Source of the DNA: Marsupella aquatica
Lineage: Eukaryota > Plantae > Marchantiophyta
DNA: 64,000 nt
Assembly (NCBI GenBank): GCA_973895155.1
Contig: OZ316891.1
Location: forward strand, 31,751,112-31,815,111
Direction: 5' to 3'
In this document: piece after piece, positions 1 to 14,100 of the stretch
How the letters are laid out: every line of letters starts with the position of its first letter
How positions within the stretch are numbered: position 1 is the first letter of the stretch
Program-made: the position numbers and the translations under genes
Notes under the pieces: model-generated
What the model was told of the DNA's origin: nothing
Seen by the model: the letters and a program-made list of their open reading frames with translations, nothing else
The model's database searches: none

Positions 1-25
1 CGAGGAGTCACGGAATAGGAAAGAT

Positions 26-2954
26 GTGTTCAAATTTTGCAATTCCATTGTGTTGGCTCATCGAAGAGGAGCCTTTGGTGGGAGAGATGCATTGTGGGAT
101 TTGCTGAGAGATGTAGCTTCCAACCTCAATAGGGAAAAGCAGGGTCAGAGGTGGCGATCAGGGTCAAAGCTACTTGTCCAAACACTGTACCAACATGGGG
201 GAAGACATGTAGTTGACTGCCTACAGACTAATGGTCTAGGCCCTAGTCTGAACACCCTTCAACGAGATCGAAGGGGTATGGCAGTGTTTCGTGTTGGTAT
301 ACGAGCGGAGCAATTCAAGTTTGTGGCCGAAGTGTACTCTCGACTGAAACAGAGGATGGGTATCGATGGTCCTGTGCCATGCTATGTGGCTGAGGATGAG
401 ACTGTTGTGAAGCGCACAGTCAGGTGATTTCATCGTCATGATTATCATCTATCATTGAATTTGAGCTCGGTACTTGTTACCATGGCTAGATTGACTCGGC
501 AATTCACTGAAGTTTTCATGTGCCATGCAGATGGCAGCCTAAACATGATACACTTTTGGGATTTTGTGGAGAGAAAGAGAACCATAAATGTGTGGTGGGC
601 TTGACATGAAGGTTGGAGAGGGAGAGGAGGGCTTCAACAACATAACTGAAGCCTTTCAAACATATGTTGTTGGCCACCAAGCAAGAGCGCTTGTAGTGAA
701 TCCCCTGGTTCGTGGATTTCCTCGACTCTGTGTAGGAGGTACCATTACATGCAACAAGTTTAAGGCGGACGATGTAAGAGATCAATGGAATGACATTGGA
801 TCCCTATGGACCACTCATTGCTTGCAGTCAGTCGGCCCGCTCTTGGGCCATGCCAGTGGTGGGGATTCTCGTAGGAGGAAGCTCATGCTGGAAGACTACA
901 CTGGTAAAGGAATATAGGGGCCCAAACAGAACCTTTGCTAGGAAGGATGGCTATTGAGTCACTCGTTTACCACTGAGGGGCCCTATGTGCATGCTCATGG
1001 GTTACATGATCAAGATTACATCCACAATGGGAAGAAGCTCATCAACACATTGGATTCCTTGGCTAGAACATTGAAATTAGGGGCGCATGTGGCAAGTTGG
1101 AGTCATTTGGGGACTGTACAGAAGCTTGGTAGCCATGATGAACATGGCATTAACCTTGCAGACATTGGGCATAATGATAGACAGAATTGGGCTAGTGCAC
1201 AGAGACTCTGTAGTAGGAAAGTAGTCTCATCATTGAGGAAGCTTCGACAACGGAAGGATGTGAAAGTGGAGATGTCACTCGGGACTGAGATTTATGTAAC
1301 CATATGTGCAGACTATTTTGATGTGTTCATGAACACATCCCTTACTTTGCGGCAACGGATTGTCCTATGTGGAAAAGTTGGTTTCTTTTTCAGACTTTGG
1401 AGACTCTGGTGCTTCCATGGGAACCATACTGTAGGTGGTAATACACAGCCAATTAGTTTTACAGCAAGTTGCGTCCCTATGCAAACTTTCCTGGACATTC
1501 AAATATCAGTGCATTTTGTGGTCCTTCTGATAGTCCAATTTAGAGAGAATTTCCGACATCTGCCAGTACCCTTGCAGATGACAGGCTCTGACTGTTGTGA
1601 ACAGTTTTTCTCTAAAGTAGGTGGGATGAAAGGGAATGAGCGAAACTATGACTTTTCGGAACTTGTTGACTGTGCAACCTCTTTAAACAGGTTGGCAGCA
1701 ATGGACCTGAGTCGTGGGATTGTAGGTGCAGGGAGAAGTCATAAGAAGCACAGGTCCATTTGGATGTCTCTCATTCCAGGCCCTAAGGAGGATGCTGATC
1801 AAGCAGACTATTCAGGCATAGAAACAAATGAGGAAGTTGCGGCAGCTTTGAAAGAGGGGTTGTTGTTGGCGCAAAATGTTGCCACTCAACTTGAAATGAA
1901 CCCATTCACATCTTGCAAAGACAAAGTGTGGTGGGATTCACCATGGATCATGGAACAGAAAGGGTCAAAGTTTGGTGGATGGTGTGATGTTCGAGTGGAT
2001 GATCTCAATCCAGCGGATGATGTACTAGGTCCCTCGATCCAGCTCTCAACAGGACCTGTAGTTGGGCCACAGGTCCCGAGTACAGTACCGCCTTTTGTAG
2101 ATCCTACTGCTGAAATACCTGTTGAAACTCCTATGGAAACGGAGTTGTTAGTAGATGAGGGAGATGATGGGGTTCCAGATGTTCAGATAGCTTCTGCTGG
2201 ATGTGTGGTAGTTATGTCCGAGATTTATGCTGACCTGGTGTATGGTGAGCCTATTGTTGATGTGAAACCTACTGTGAGTTTCCAGGGTCGGCAAATATAC
2301 AAGAGCACATTGGTTAGTCAGCTTGTTGGGAATCCCCATCTTAGTAAGGACCGTTTGACTCATGTGAAGCAGAGCATTTATTTCAACAATTTAGTGGATA
2401 AGCCAGTGAATCGAGGTGTACCCACTATGTTCATGACTGTTGGTAGTGACTGTGGTGTATTATTTGAAGATAATACACCACAGGTGAGAGAAACTCGAAA
2501 TTCTGGAGGAAGTTCTCGATGCTTGAAAGGGAAAGGAGTTCGAAAGAAAGGGTGTAGCCAGGACTCTAGTGCCCTCCCCAACCCAAAGAGGCCACGAGGT
2601 GTGGCAGTCAATGTGGCCACAGTACCTGACAGTCCTAAATATGTGTGGTGGATAGGACGAGTACAATGCATTCAGAGGAGGTATAATGGGAAAGTTGGTA
2701 GAACAAGAGAAGCTGTGGATTTGCTTGATAGGCCTGGTGCTGATCAGGGAGTGAAAGTTTGATTTGATTGGTTTTCACGGGTGGGAAATAGCAGGCTAAA
2801 ATTTGCGTACAATGTCTCCGATCCTGACTGGATTGACTTGGACTGTGTCATATCAGCAGTCACTTTATCAGTGAATCTTGGTTGTCCAAACGTCTTCCAC
2901 CTGGATCAGGCAGATGCAGTTGTTCTGGATGATTTTGTCCAGACCCAAAAGTGA
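26..2954 (+). pseudogene. P-element-like DDE transposase, spliced, with stops and frameshifts
   Basis: Motifs in P-transposase order: AEDET (D1), HASGGDSRRRK (D2 region), QDYIHNGKKLIN (DxxH), GSDCCEQFFS (E). GT-AG intron 424-530 joins RTV|RWQPKHDTLLGFCG. Stops at 915 and 2760; the frame continues to TGA 2952-2954. Confidence 0.65.
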
Positions 2955-3317
2955 TTTGGGCGGGGATTTGGGTAAGCTCTAAAATTGTTTTCTGATGAAT
3001 GATATTCATTGAATGATTGCAGGGCAATCAAGTTGATGTACAAGCGAGTACGTACTGTAACTATCTATCGTCTTCAATTCATATGCATGTGGAGAGGTTA
3101 TAGATAGCATTTAATGTACATCTTTATGCCACAAGCAAAATGTAGTCTCCCCTAATTTGCATGTTCTGATGAGGGTTACTTGGCTTGCCTCAGGTGTCTT
3201 TGTTTGCTTGTGTTCTGTAACCTGGCCTGCAACAGACCGGGCAACAGACCCGACAACAATATGGTGTGTTCTAGACCCGGTTCTAGAGGGAGCACAGTGA
3301 AACATCGAATATATTGA

Positions 3318-3800
3318 TTGGATGTACCAATGCCCAAGCGGGGGCTGAAGCATGACCCCACTCCACGAAGAGAAATGTTGCCGAGGAGTGGGCCTAGTAG
3401 GAACGGGAGTAGGAAAGCTGGAGACGGGACTGGAGAGGGGGCTGGAGAGACTAGGAAGCACGCTAGGAAGTCTCCTATTGTGATGTTAGCTAATGAAACA
3501 ATCTGTCCCTCTAATTTCAAGAAGGACAGCAGTGAAGCCCAATGGATTTGCACTGAGTGTGGTGATGAAAGTCTTTGTAATATTTGCTCTCAGTTTGCAG
3601 AAGTGAATGCTCCCATCCCATATGAATGGAGCAACATTAAGAATCTGTGGCCTAGTAGGATGCCCAGTAGGATGTCTGGCACATTAGAGGCAGGAGTAGT
3701 GTTTGACTTCTCTGCCCTGTTAAGTGGAATACCGTGTGCAATGTCACCTCTGTTAATGTCTTGTAGTGAGATTTCGCTGGAATCGTTTGGAGAACTTTGA
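3318..3800 (+). CDS. Small hypothetical ORF inside the P-like element (CxxC...CxxC)
   Basis: 160-aa ORF containing CTECG...CNIC; no family recognised. Confidence 0.25.
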   Translation: MDVPMPKRGLKHDPTPRREMLPRSGPSRNGSRKAGDGTGEGAGETRKHARKSPIVMLANETICPSNFKKDSSEAQWICTECGDESLCNICSQFAEVNAPIPYEWSNIKNLWPSRMPSRMSGTLEAGVVFDFSALLSGIPCAMSPLLMSCSEISLESFGEL

Positions 3801-4163
3801 TATGTAATCTAGTATGAATTAGCTGTCTAGTGATTTGTGTGCTAAAGTCCCAATGACTTTCACACATTGCCAAAAATTATATGGCAATATGTTTGTTTAG
3901 TGTAAGTTGTAAGTGCCATTAACTGGCAGATAAAAAAAATGTGCACTCGTATTGGATGTCTTCACAAAACGATTTTTTTTATAACAAATGAAGGGTATTT
4001 TAAATCCCAAAATCTGTGTGATTATAATAACATAGGTAAATTTTATATAGGATTGAAAATTCTCTTTAGAACAAACAAGATATATTTTAATCTTCGTCCA
4101 AAATATAACTAGGGGTGCCTAGGGGACCTTCGGTCACAGGTATGTCTCATTACATTCCCTTTA

Positions 4164-5699
4164 GTGAGGGCCCAGGGTTTGCAGGATGTCCAAGGAATTT
4201 TGGGACAGGTAATGGGTTCCAACTTCACTTGGAGGAGGGTTCGCAATGGGCGCATTATTCAGTCTCGGCTTGATCGGTTTTACCTTAGCGAAAAAGGGCA
4301 GTGGATGGCGGAAATCATTGAACTCAAACATGATGGCTCTTCTGCTTTATTGGATCATTATCCGGTTACCATTACCTTTTGGATGACCCCTCTCTACGAT
4401 ACGGAGCTGATTACCCGCAGAGCCACATACTTTAAAGCGAACCCAGCGATTCTAAGAAAAACAGAGAATATTGAAACTCTAGCAGAGGCCTGGAAGGATG
4501 GGCAGGAAAGCAAGATGGATGCACATTTGAAGTTTGCCAATGCATTTCAGAGGCTGAGACGAAGCTACATGGAATTACAATACTCTCCGGTCCCGTGGGA
4601 TGAAGAAATGGTGAGAGTAAGGAATAAACTTCGCTTGCTGAAAATTGCGATCATGGATGATTACTCAGAAGATACTATACAAGATTTTTCTTGTATTGAT
4701 CAGTGTGTACATGAAATGGAGTTAGAAGAGGCCCATCATCATCGACGTATGTCTAGAATAACTTGGCTGGGGCAGGGAGAGGAACCTTCTAAGTTTTACT
4801 TTTCAATGGTAAAGGCTAAAAGAGTAAGAGAAAATATGGAATATCTGATCAATGAGGAGGGGAGGGAGATACGAGAGGAGAAATTGATATTGATGGAGGT
4901 ACAACGACATTGCCAGGCGTTATACACCCCACCGGTAATGAATAGCGAGGAGCTGAGGAAAATTCATGTTGCACGAGACAGATTATGTCAACATACTCAC
5001 TTCGCTCTGCCTGCTGCGGAGATCAGAAGGCTGGAGAGGCTACCCACTATGGAAGAATTACATGAGACACTAAGATTACTACCAGGAGATAAGGCACCAG
5101 GAATAGATGGCATGACCGCGGAGGTCCTACGTGCTTGCTGGGGATTCATGAAAGAAAATTTCTTGGAAATGGTGTGCGATTTTTGGAGGACCGGTAACAT
5201 CGCTTTTGGAATCAAGGAGGGTGTGATCCGGTTCATTCCCAAGAAGACTGACAAAAGAAGATTGGGAGATTGGAGAGGGTTAACTATGCTCACAACTACA
5301 TACAAGGTGATCGCAAAGTTACTTGCTCTGCGACTCAAGATACTGCTACCTAGATTGATTAGTCCACAGCAGACGGGATTCATCCCGGGGTGACACATTT
5401 TGGAAAATATTTCCCTTACCTGGCTAGCTAGCGATTGGATTAATCTTATGCAAACCCCCACTTTATTTCTACAACTCGATTTCAAAAAGGCCTTTGATAG
5501 GGTAGATCATTCCTATATCTGGGAAACTATGAACTTACTACCTGGAATAGGGTCTCACTTCATCTTTCTGGTTCGATCTCTACTTAGCAATGGATTATCC
5601 AAAGCGTTAGTGAATGGATTGTGGACGGAGGAAATTGGTATGAGCCGGGGTGGAGACAGGGATGCCCTCTCTCCCCGCTACTGTTTGCTATCTCCACAC
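4164..5699 (+). pseudogene. LINE ORF2 5' part (endonuclease C-terminus and RT N-terminal half)
   Basis: ORFs 4164-5393 and 5400-5798; premature TGA at 5391. Confidence 0.9.
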
Positions 5700-6368
5700 G
5701 GGTATAGCCACCGAGACAGGAAACAAGAAAACAGGAATTCTAGTAGCAGATTTTTTTGCTGTTATCAGGAATATGTTGTTGTTACCAGGAAAAGTTAGTC
5801 ATTGGAATAGGATAATACTTCATTACTTCAAGCCCAATACATCTGAAAAAAGCAATATGCATTGCGCTTCATTTAGATTCTAGAGCTTAGAACCAACTAA
5901 CACGACAACAATTGTTCTCTGAAGATAAGTGAGTCCGGAATCACCAACATACTTCTGGAAAATAGTGTCCCAAAAATCACAGACACACAACCATTAACCA
6001 GTGAATGCCACGGGAAAAAACATTGACATGGTAGGTCCCACCATAAGTAACATAATATTATAGGCCAACAATAAGGCAGAAAACCACAAATGAAAACTCC
6101 GGACAATTTGAAAGACCACCAATGATGGGCTAGCGCCTGGCGCTAGCTAAAATGGAAACAACAACACATTTAGAAAATGACATTGGATGAATGCAGAATG
6201 TGGCAAACAAAAATTTAAAATATCATTTGTAGTGATAGGATTACAATGAAGTAAATGGTAATAAGGAAGACTTCCATCCCAGCGCTAGGCGCTAACACAA
6301 AACTATACCGTTGTAATACGACAAAAACTAATATAACCATTTCGAGCAAAGGACAAATATATCCTTCT

Positions 6369-9300
6369 CTATAAACCATGAGCATTCTCCCTTTCCAAGA
6401 TCAGTCGGACTTCTCCAACTGTGAGAATTGGTTGGCTGGTCAAAGTAGATTCCTCAACATCTAGTTTGAAAATGGTCTGGAAAACCCAGTACAAATGTTT
6501 GCAAGGCATATATATGGATGTCTGCGAGAATGTTGACGATAGAAATCCTCACAAGAACAAGTCGGGAAAATACAAATCTGCACAAAGTAACTATTCGGCG
6601 TCCTTAGATTCTCATGTGTTTGTACTTTGAATTGCTTCCCCCATGAGTTCCCAATAGAAACATCCCACTGTCCCTGGACGGACATGGTCTCTTTTCTTGC
6701 AGATTCAATCCTCTTCATGTGACCATGGGTCAAGGTCGATCAAGGAACCGTGTTCTTTCCATTCCGACTCCGGAGACAAACAGTGGGTTCCAAAAGATTG
6801 ACTCTCTCTGGAAATAAGTTTACATTGATTCGAAGCTTGAAAAGTGATGGTGGAGGTAGACGACCGTCTCTTCCTTGGGCTATAGGTATTCCCTGTTCAA
6901 CAAGATACTTCATCTCAGCTTCCAAAACATTTGTTCCTTTTATAACAGGAAGAACATCGGGAAAGGAGGGCAGGTTCACTACACCACGGCGGGGATGGCT
7001 CCGATAACATGTGTTGTTTGGGCAGAACCATATCATTTTGGCTATGGGTTCCCCCTTGAACATGCGTTGTCCTTTGACAACAATGCCGATGACACCGTTT
7101 GATGAGGGGAACCCAACTTTCTTCACTCTATTTTGACACTCATCTCTCTCGGAACTACCGCCAAATGACGCGTTGCACTATGGACCGGCCCCAAATCTTG
7201 ATGTCCGACGCAGATGCCATGAACCCTGCATGACTTCTGTTTCAAGAATTGGAGATTGGAGCGATGTCTGCTGAAGTACAGTGGGAGCACTTTGTGGGTA
7301 TTGTGTTGAACGTGATTGATGTTGAACCTGCGGTGTACTGAAATCATCACGTTCTACATCCCTCAAATCATCACTTCCTGAGAGATTGACAACGGAAATG
7401 TCATTAGGTTTTTCTTCCGATACGGAAGCAAACATTGTGTGGTGCAGATTTTTACGCTTGAGTGATCTGGTATTTGACGATGTGATAAGGACTTTATCAT
7501 ACCGGTGGGAGTCTTGTGGCGAGACAATCCCAGTTGCAGGTCCTTTCCTCTTGACAGACTTTGTTAGAACATCTCCGTTGAGAGGAACGCTTCTCTCCAA
7601 GTCAAACTCAGCTGCATTGGAGAGGAGCAAGTTCATCGCATCCTCGAACAGCTTTGGGGAACCTGCCTGGTCAGCTGAATGGAAAGCCAATTCCCATATT
7701 GTAGGACCTCTTCCTCTACTCAATCCTTTCCGATATGCGATATATGCTGCAACCTGAGATATAGCTCGATTCTGATCCATTTCACATGCCTCGAAGAGCC
7801 CCACTTTTTTTTCATTACCCATGCTTTCATTCCTGCGTGAACAGACTCTGATCCGGTATAGTTAGGAATCCTAGCGCCTTCTTTAGCACTTTTGTCCTGG
7901 AACGGCAAAGCATAAACACTAGTAAGAATCCGCAAAACATACTAGCGCCAGGCGCTAGGCAGAACATTTCGACAAAACCATCAATATTATTGTGTAATCA
8001 CATGTTTATGGAAATAAATAGGTCAATATTTGAGAATCAATGACATTATTTGGATTCTTTGGATGGAATGTTGAGGAATGTCATCTGAAAAATGTACTTC
8101 TACAAAGGAATCTGACTTGCATATTACTAGCGCCAGACGCTATTACTCACCAAGCGAATAAAATTTCCCCACTGCCTCCAACACACGACCCACCACGATA
8201 TCCAACTCTGAAGCATTCGGAGCTTCCCAGGTAAGCAGTTACCCGACTGCCACCATAGGTCAATCTCTCTTGAAAGTCGGTAAGCCTCTACAAATGTCGG
8301 TGCGTTCCATAATTTATCCCATAGCATTCGATGTTCCGCCTGCTTCTCTTCCAACACTCCTTCAACAGAATGGCGATGAAAAGCTTGGTAAAAATGAAAA
8401 GCGTCCATCCTCTCCCGTTCAGGGTTTGGGTGCCCTCCAAAAAAAACATTTTGGACTGCTAACCATCTGGCTTGGGCATTGTCTGCCATGAAGCCATGAA
8501 TGGTTGGATTATCTAACCCATTCTCTTTGGAAACCTCAATCATTAATCTCCAAGCCTTCTCAAACGACGCCGTGTCCTCGGCTTTTAGCTCGCAAGTAAA
8601 TATTGTACACAATGCACGGTAATTATGATCATAAATGTGTGCGCTGAAAGTCACCCAATCCTTGGTCATTTGTTTCATGACATCGAAGCTTACCCAGGCA
8701 CCTTCAAGCATCCCTCCAGGTTGCATTTGCCGCATAAGATCCACCCCAGACCCATGGCCTTTGGAAGTCATCTTAAATATGTAAGGTCTGTCTTCTTGAG
8801 ATCCTTGACCTGGAAGGATGTACCTCTGTAGAAAAGGCATGTTGATATTCTTTTGATACCGAACAAGAAAATCCAACTCTCCACGGCCTTTCTGGTCCTG
8901 CCTAACACTCCTGAAAAGAGATGCAAACTTCTGTGGAGTATAAACTACCATTAGAGACTGGAAAATCTCTGTCTCTTCAATATCTTCAATCTCACCCAGG
9001 CTCTCACACAAAGACTGTACAAAAGATCCTGTCGCTACATTTTTAATCCCAGCAGGCATCCAAGTAGGATTGCCTTCCAATTTCTTTTTAATGACATCTT
9101 CAACTACCTTTTCCGCACTCCGGGAAAATACCTTACGACAAGGATGGTTGTGGGTGCCCACATGAATCGCAAGGCGAGACATGTGACTACAAGTATCTGA
9201 GTCAAGCAGAACTTGAGGATACATATAAAATAGTCTTGCAGAGCATGCCTCTACACAAAAAGGGAGCTGCTGGCAATGATGACAAACAACTCCACCCTGC

Positions 9301-10139
9301 TCAATGAACGATCCAACACGGTGAGAGCCTCCAAGTTTCGGGGAACCAGCCCATGCCTTTGCATTCCTCCTCTTCTTTCGGCGGAAGTAGTCACAAGTTT
9401 TATTCCTGCACTCAATAAATCCAGTACAAGTGACTTTACTGAATTCCCAGTATTTCTTGGGCTGCACGTTTGCAGTGGTAGGAAATATTCTTGTCCAGAT
9501 GTAGCAATCCTTGGTTCGGTCCATGTCCCGTAGACGGGATCCTTTTGAAAGAATTCCCGACGATGGAGGCAACTAAAACACTACGTTTCCATTGTACTTC
9601 GGAGGCAAACAAGGTACTTGTTCATGCCGGAAGTTTCCAGCCGAAATGAACCTCGAAAGTTTGCTGGACCCAATTGACTTGAGCAGCGCGTCCATTGCAC
9701 TTCTTCGATATACAATATGGGATTTTGACGATGGCATCTCCTCTTTGACCAAGACCACGTCAGGAGCCAAAGGCTCCACAAAGGGGATCCTTGGTGGCTC
9801 CTCATCATCACTATCAAAAAGAGCAACTACATCCACCGGATCCCTCTGAGGGGATTGCCGATCTCCTTGATTTGGTTCCCAAACGACAATGGAGTAGCGC
9901 AACCCAACATTAAGGTGCCAAAATCTCACCCCATCATTGACATCAAAAAGTGCGACAGATTCAAAGTCATTGGCTTCCGTTCCCTCCTCAACGATTGCCT
10001 CTATGTCATTCATGCGCAAATGAAACCTTCCACAAAGATAAACCTCACTTATTTGCCTGTACCTTTTGGCCACTGACACTGGAATGGAAATGATGTCACC
10101 GGTGGACATACGGGTAACTATGATTGACTGAGACATCAC
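6369..10139 (-). pseudogene. MULE transposase (GCM-like Zn domain, DDE, SWIM), one intron, several stops and frameshifts
   Basis: N-terminal CRNKTC, CHHC and GTHNHP (GCM/FAR1-like); WVSFD (D), FMADNA (D), DAFH (CxxH position), GSESVH (E); C-terminal CSCEDF...CKHLYW SWIM finger. Phase-0 GT-AG intron 8150-7897. Confidence 0.85.
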
Positions 10140-11112
10140 AGAAGCCTTGGAAGCAAATGAGCGCAGGAAAATTATGAATCAAAATTCTGCCGACGAGGGC
10201 TATTATCGATTGTGACTAACAGTTCCCTAAAGCCGTTATAATAAGACAATCCTCTGACACCATAAATGTATTTTGTCGTTATATCAACGTCATTTACAAT
10301 AAACATCATTTAGGAAGAACCCTTTTGTTCTAGAAATATCAGATGATGAATAGCGCCAGGCGCTATTAAAAACATTGCAAAAGAAGAGGTCCATGCAGAG
10401 TCATTTATGTGCAGCGCCTGGCGCTATTAATAACAATCCAAACGATTAGTGTCGATCTAACGTAAATTTATGTGTAGCGCCGAGCGCTAATAAAAGCAAA
10501 TGACGTAAACCAAAGTCCTAAAGGAGACACTAGATGATTAGCGCCAGGCGCTAATATTGATATCATTCATATTATGAACGTATACAATGGTAAAAACTAG
10601 AAGTAGGAGCCTTCAAAAGGAAGAAAAATCTTTGTTTTTTGCTAGCGCTAGTTTTATTTTGTATCAGAATTATGAGAAAACCGGATTTTGGGGAAAATAA
10701 TGGCATATTAACGACTCTTATGGCTCTATATTGAATTCCCAACTGACATAAAAATTGAAGATTTTAGGCCTTGGAAATTACTAGCGCCGGGCGCTACTAT
10801 TTGGTGAGTAAAAATGGATTCAAAATATTTTGAGGTTTTCCTTTCAACGGTCATATTCAACGGTAACTATAGGTTGCGTGACCCTAAATACATCGATCCC
10901 CTTTGGTGTTGTCGAATAAGATAACAACATGTGTCACAGATCCAAGCTAGTGGTTCAGTTTCCTTAGCGTATATGTTATGCTCTGTGCTCTAGATTCTTC
11001 TTATTTCCCATGTTAAGTACAGTATGATCGAAGCTGTTTGACGGGTTTTTGCCGTTCGTGGTATGGAAAGAGCGCGGTGGTCATCACTACTTCCTTCGCC
11101 CTTGTGCAAGCA
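10140..11112. promoter_or_regulatory. Putative bidirectional promoter between the transposase and ParB-MTase genes
   Basis: AT-rich spacer of about 1 kb between divergent start codons, with five full palindromes at 10351-10796. Confidence 0.5.
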
Positions 11113-14100
11113 ATGGACCCTGCCTTATCCTCCTCTCAATGCTTTAGTGGAAACGGGCACAGAGAGGTCGTTCCCTCGCAAACATCTCAGTGCTCATTTT
11201 CAGGATCTGTGTATAGTCGTCGAGTGACTCGATCCACTACTTCGCAAGCTCCTGAAGCACAACCCGCTGTATCGTTCCCGAATAGCAAGAGAGGGAAGAT
11301 GGATGATTCTAATTCGTTTGCTGTGGAGGACTTTGGAGAGACGTCGTTGACTATTTATGATGTGATCTCCAAACACATTATGTCATTTGGAAAAGATTTC
11401 CGAGGATATGACAAGGATCCGCCAAGGATTCCAATGTGCCGACTACTTCATATGGAAGTAGTGCGGACATTACAAAAGGGAAGCCCTTCGATAGAGAAGC
11501 TGAAAGACTCCTTTCAGAGCACAGGATACAATTCTAAGATCGGCATGTTGTTTTACGTCCAACCAACAGATTCCAATGGAGAAGTCCAGATCTGCACGCC
11601 AGAGATTCGTGCTTCTTGGGATGCAATTTGGGTTGCAGAGAACAAAAAGTTTGAGGCGGAATGTGCTGCCAAACCTGACTTCTCCGTCCTGCAAGATAAG
11701 ATGTTTTCTGTGTTTGATGGAAACCATCGACTCTACGCATGGTCCATCGTCACGAAGGAGAATCCGGATGATGTGAAATACCATCCTCGCATCCAGTGCA
11801 CAATATTCAAGGGAGAAAAGGGGTCCTTGATCGAGATTGAGGCAGCGATGCACACTGTTAACCAGTAAGTGTCTCTTCCAATATATTTCTAATCTAATCT
11901 ATGACCACAGTGTTTCACTAGCGCCGGGCACTACTGACTCCCTCTATCGTTTTCAGGCTTGGGCAGGCAGTGGTCAAACCCTCTTGGATACTTGATGCAG
12001 ACGGTATCAACCAAATTCTCTCGAATGAACTCGATTACTACAAGTCTATCATTGACGCTGCAAACTTCAAGAAGTTTGGGCAGATCATGCAGAAAACGCG
12101 GAGGGATCGTGGTATATGAAAAAAATGCCTCAAGAAGCGCTTATGTACATCTTGTGTGAGAATAAGATCAAGTCTTATTCTTGGCAGTTTAAGATGGATC
12201 TGGAACATGCTGCCGCTCAGGGTACACCTTGGTCTCCCGAAGAGATTTCAAAAGGACATGCAGCGATGATGAAGGAGGCAACAAAGGATTGGGCGATAAA
12301 GGTGTCAAAAATCACTCCTCTGTTAAGCCCCGCTTTTGAGGATTTCATGCGGACATGTGCTGAGATGTACCCCCTCACAGAGAAGAATAAGAGAGAGAAG
12401 AAGCCGGATGCAGTTGTCTGTACAATGGATCGAGCAAGATTGTTTACCGCTGTCTCTGCCCTCGACCCCAAGCTGAGGAGTACCCTTCTGGTTGCCCATT
12501 GTACACCGGAGCTGAGGAAACAATTCTTCCATCCACAGAGCATTAATGACGATCTAGTGAAGCAATGGTGCCATACCTGGCAAACTTGGAACATTGTGGA
12601 GGGAATCGCTATTGGTTTGCTGCAAACCTCCCTACGCCAGGTTAGTGATATAGTCCCCGCCAATCGGTTGCAAGAGTGGGAGTGTGAGTCGATTGAATCG
12701 CTTATTGAAATAGTCTCAAATGACTTCAAGAAATTTGGGGACGCTGTGAAAGGCAAGTTTTTTAATACAATGTGGCCTTCCAAGTATCCTGACAAGGCTG
12801 ACTACAACCTCAAGAATCAGAAGAGGGCCAAACAATACCTGTATCGTTTTTTCAATCATGCACATGGAGATTGTGAAGCTAGATTACTTTTGGGCATACC
12901 CTGCTGCTTTCCAAAAGTGGATCGTTGTTCCCGAAGGAGACATACTGGCCGACGTGTATTCAATGTATCCCGCTGAAGGGTGTCTTCCACCAAGGGAACT
13001 GTCAGAATGGGAGAGAATTCATTGTCCTTGGTATTTGGACACCGATAGATGGGACTCTCCATTCAGAGACACTGAGAAAGACGCATTTCATAAGCTTTCA
13101 AAGTCTCAGGTCCCTCCCAAGTTTGTGTCCAACATGAAGCAGGGAATCGAAGGTGATGTGAGCAAGTCGGCGGCAGAATTGCAAGCGGTGTGTGAAACCA
13201 CAGTTGTTCATGTTGATCGAAGTTGCACACCCAGAGCCAAAGCAAAAACCGAAGCTGCGGCACCGAGTACCTCAACACGGTCCGCCAAAAAATGTAAGTT
13301 GTCATTCAGCTTGTAGCTTCACATTTTGGTTAGCGCCAGGCGCTGCTATATGACTATGTCTATTGGTTTGTTTTCTCAATTGGTTTGGACAGTGCCTGGC
13401 ACTATTATTCAGCATTGAATAAATTCTGCTCTTTTTCCTTTAGGTGGGAGAAAGTTTGACGCTGCAACCGATGACACAAAAGTAGATGCCACTCCGGAGC
13501 CTTCCGAAGCCAATACCGGTGCCCAGTCAGACCCAATAACTCCAATTGACAAAGCGAAAGAGATCGTCCCTTTTGATGCAACCAGTACAAATAAGAGGAA
13601 GAAAAGGGCAATTCAAGCAGAAGAATCTTCCCGAGATGATGCCGCTGGAACTGGTGTTCAAAGAGATGTGGGAACCTTCAAGAGCAAATCTTTTAGGCAT
13701 TGCATGGTGGAAACAAGTATCCAAGAATTTATTAATACTGCTTTCAACAAAGCAGTGAAACCAGATTGGGTGACTAATGCAGAGAAATGGGGAAAGGACT
13801 TAATCAAGTCGGGTTCCCGAGAAAAGGGAGTAATCAGAGGAGGAAAAGAAAGATCGTTTGGTGTCAATGCAGGATTCATCTATCTTCCTACTGGACTTAA
13901 ACCTACGCTCATGGACCGTCGGGTTCCAAAGTGGAATGTACCAGACCACACAGTTCCCGGTTCTTTCTTCAAAGTGATGGACCCTTTCCTTTTTGATGAT
14001 GGCATGCTTGCGATCTTGTATTCTGATGACCATGACCAGGTCTCGTAGGTCATTTCAACATGCCAGCAGTCCAAAAAGTTCCATTGTGTCAATTCTCACA

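Larger units (their letters stand above)
1..4144 (+). mobile_element. P-element/THAP9-superfamily-like DNA transposon (left end outside window; putative right terminus at 4144)
   Basis: Carries the transposase pseudogene below. The sequence ends ...GGTCACAGGTATG (reverse complement begins CAT, like P-type TIRs) just before LINE coding sequence starts. TIR partner and TSD are not visible. Confidence 0.55.

Noticed and set aside
7872-7878. TAGCGCC half-site in a transposase exon
   Set aside because: No second arm; not counted as a palindrome copy.
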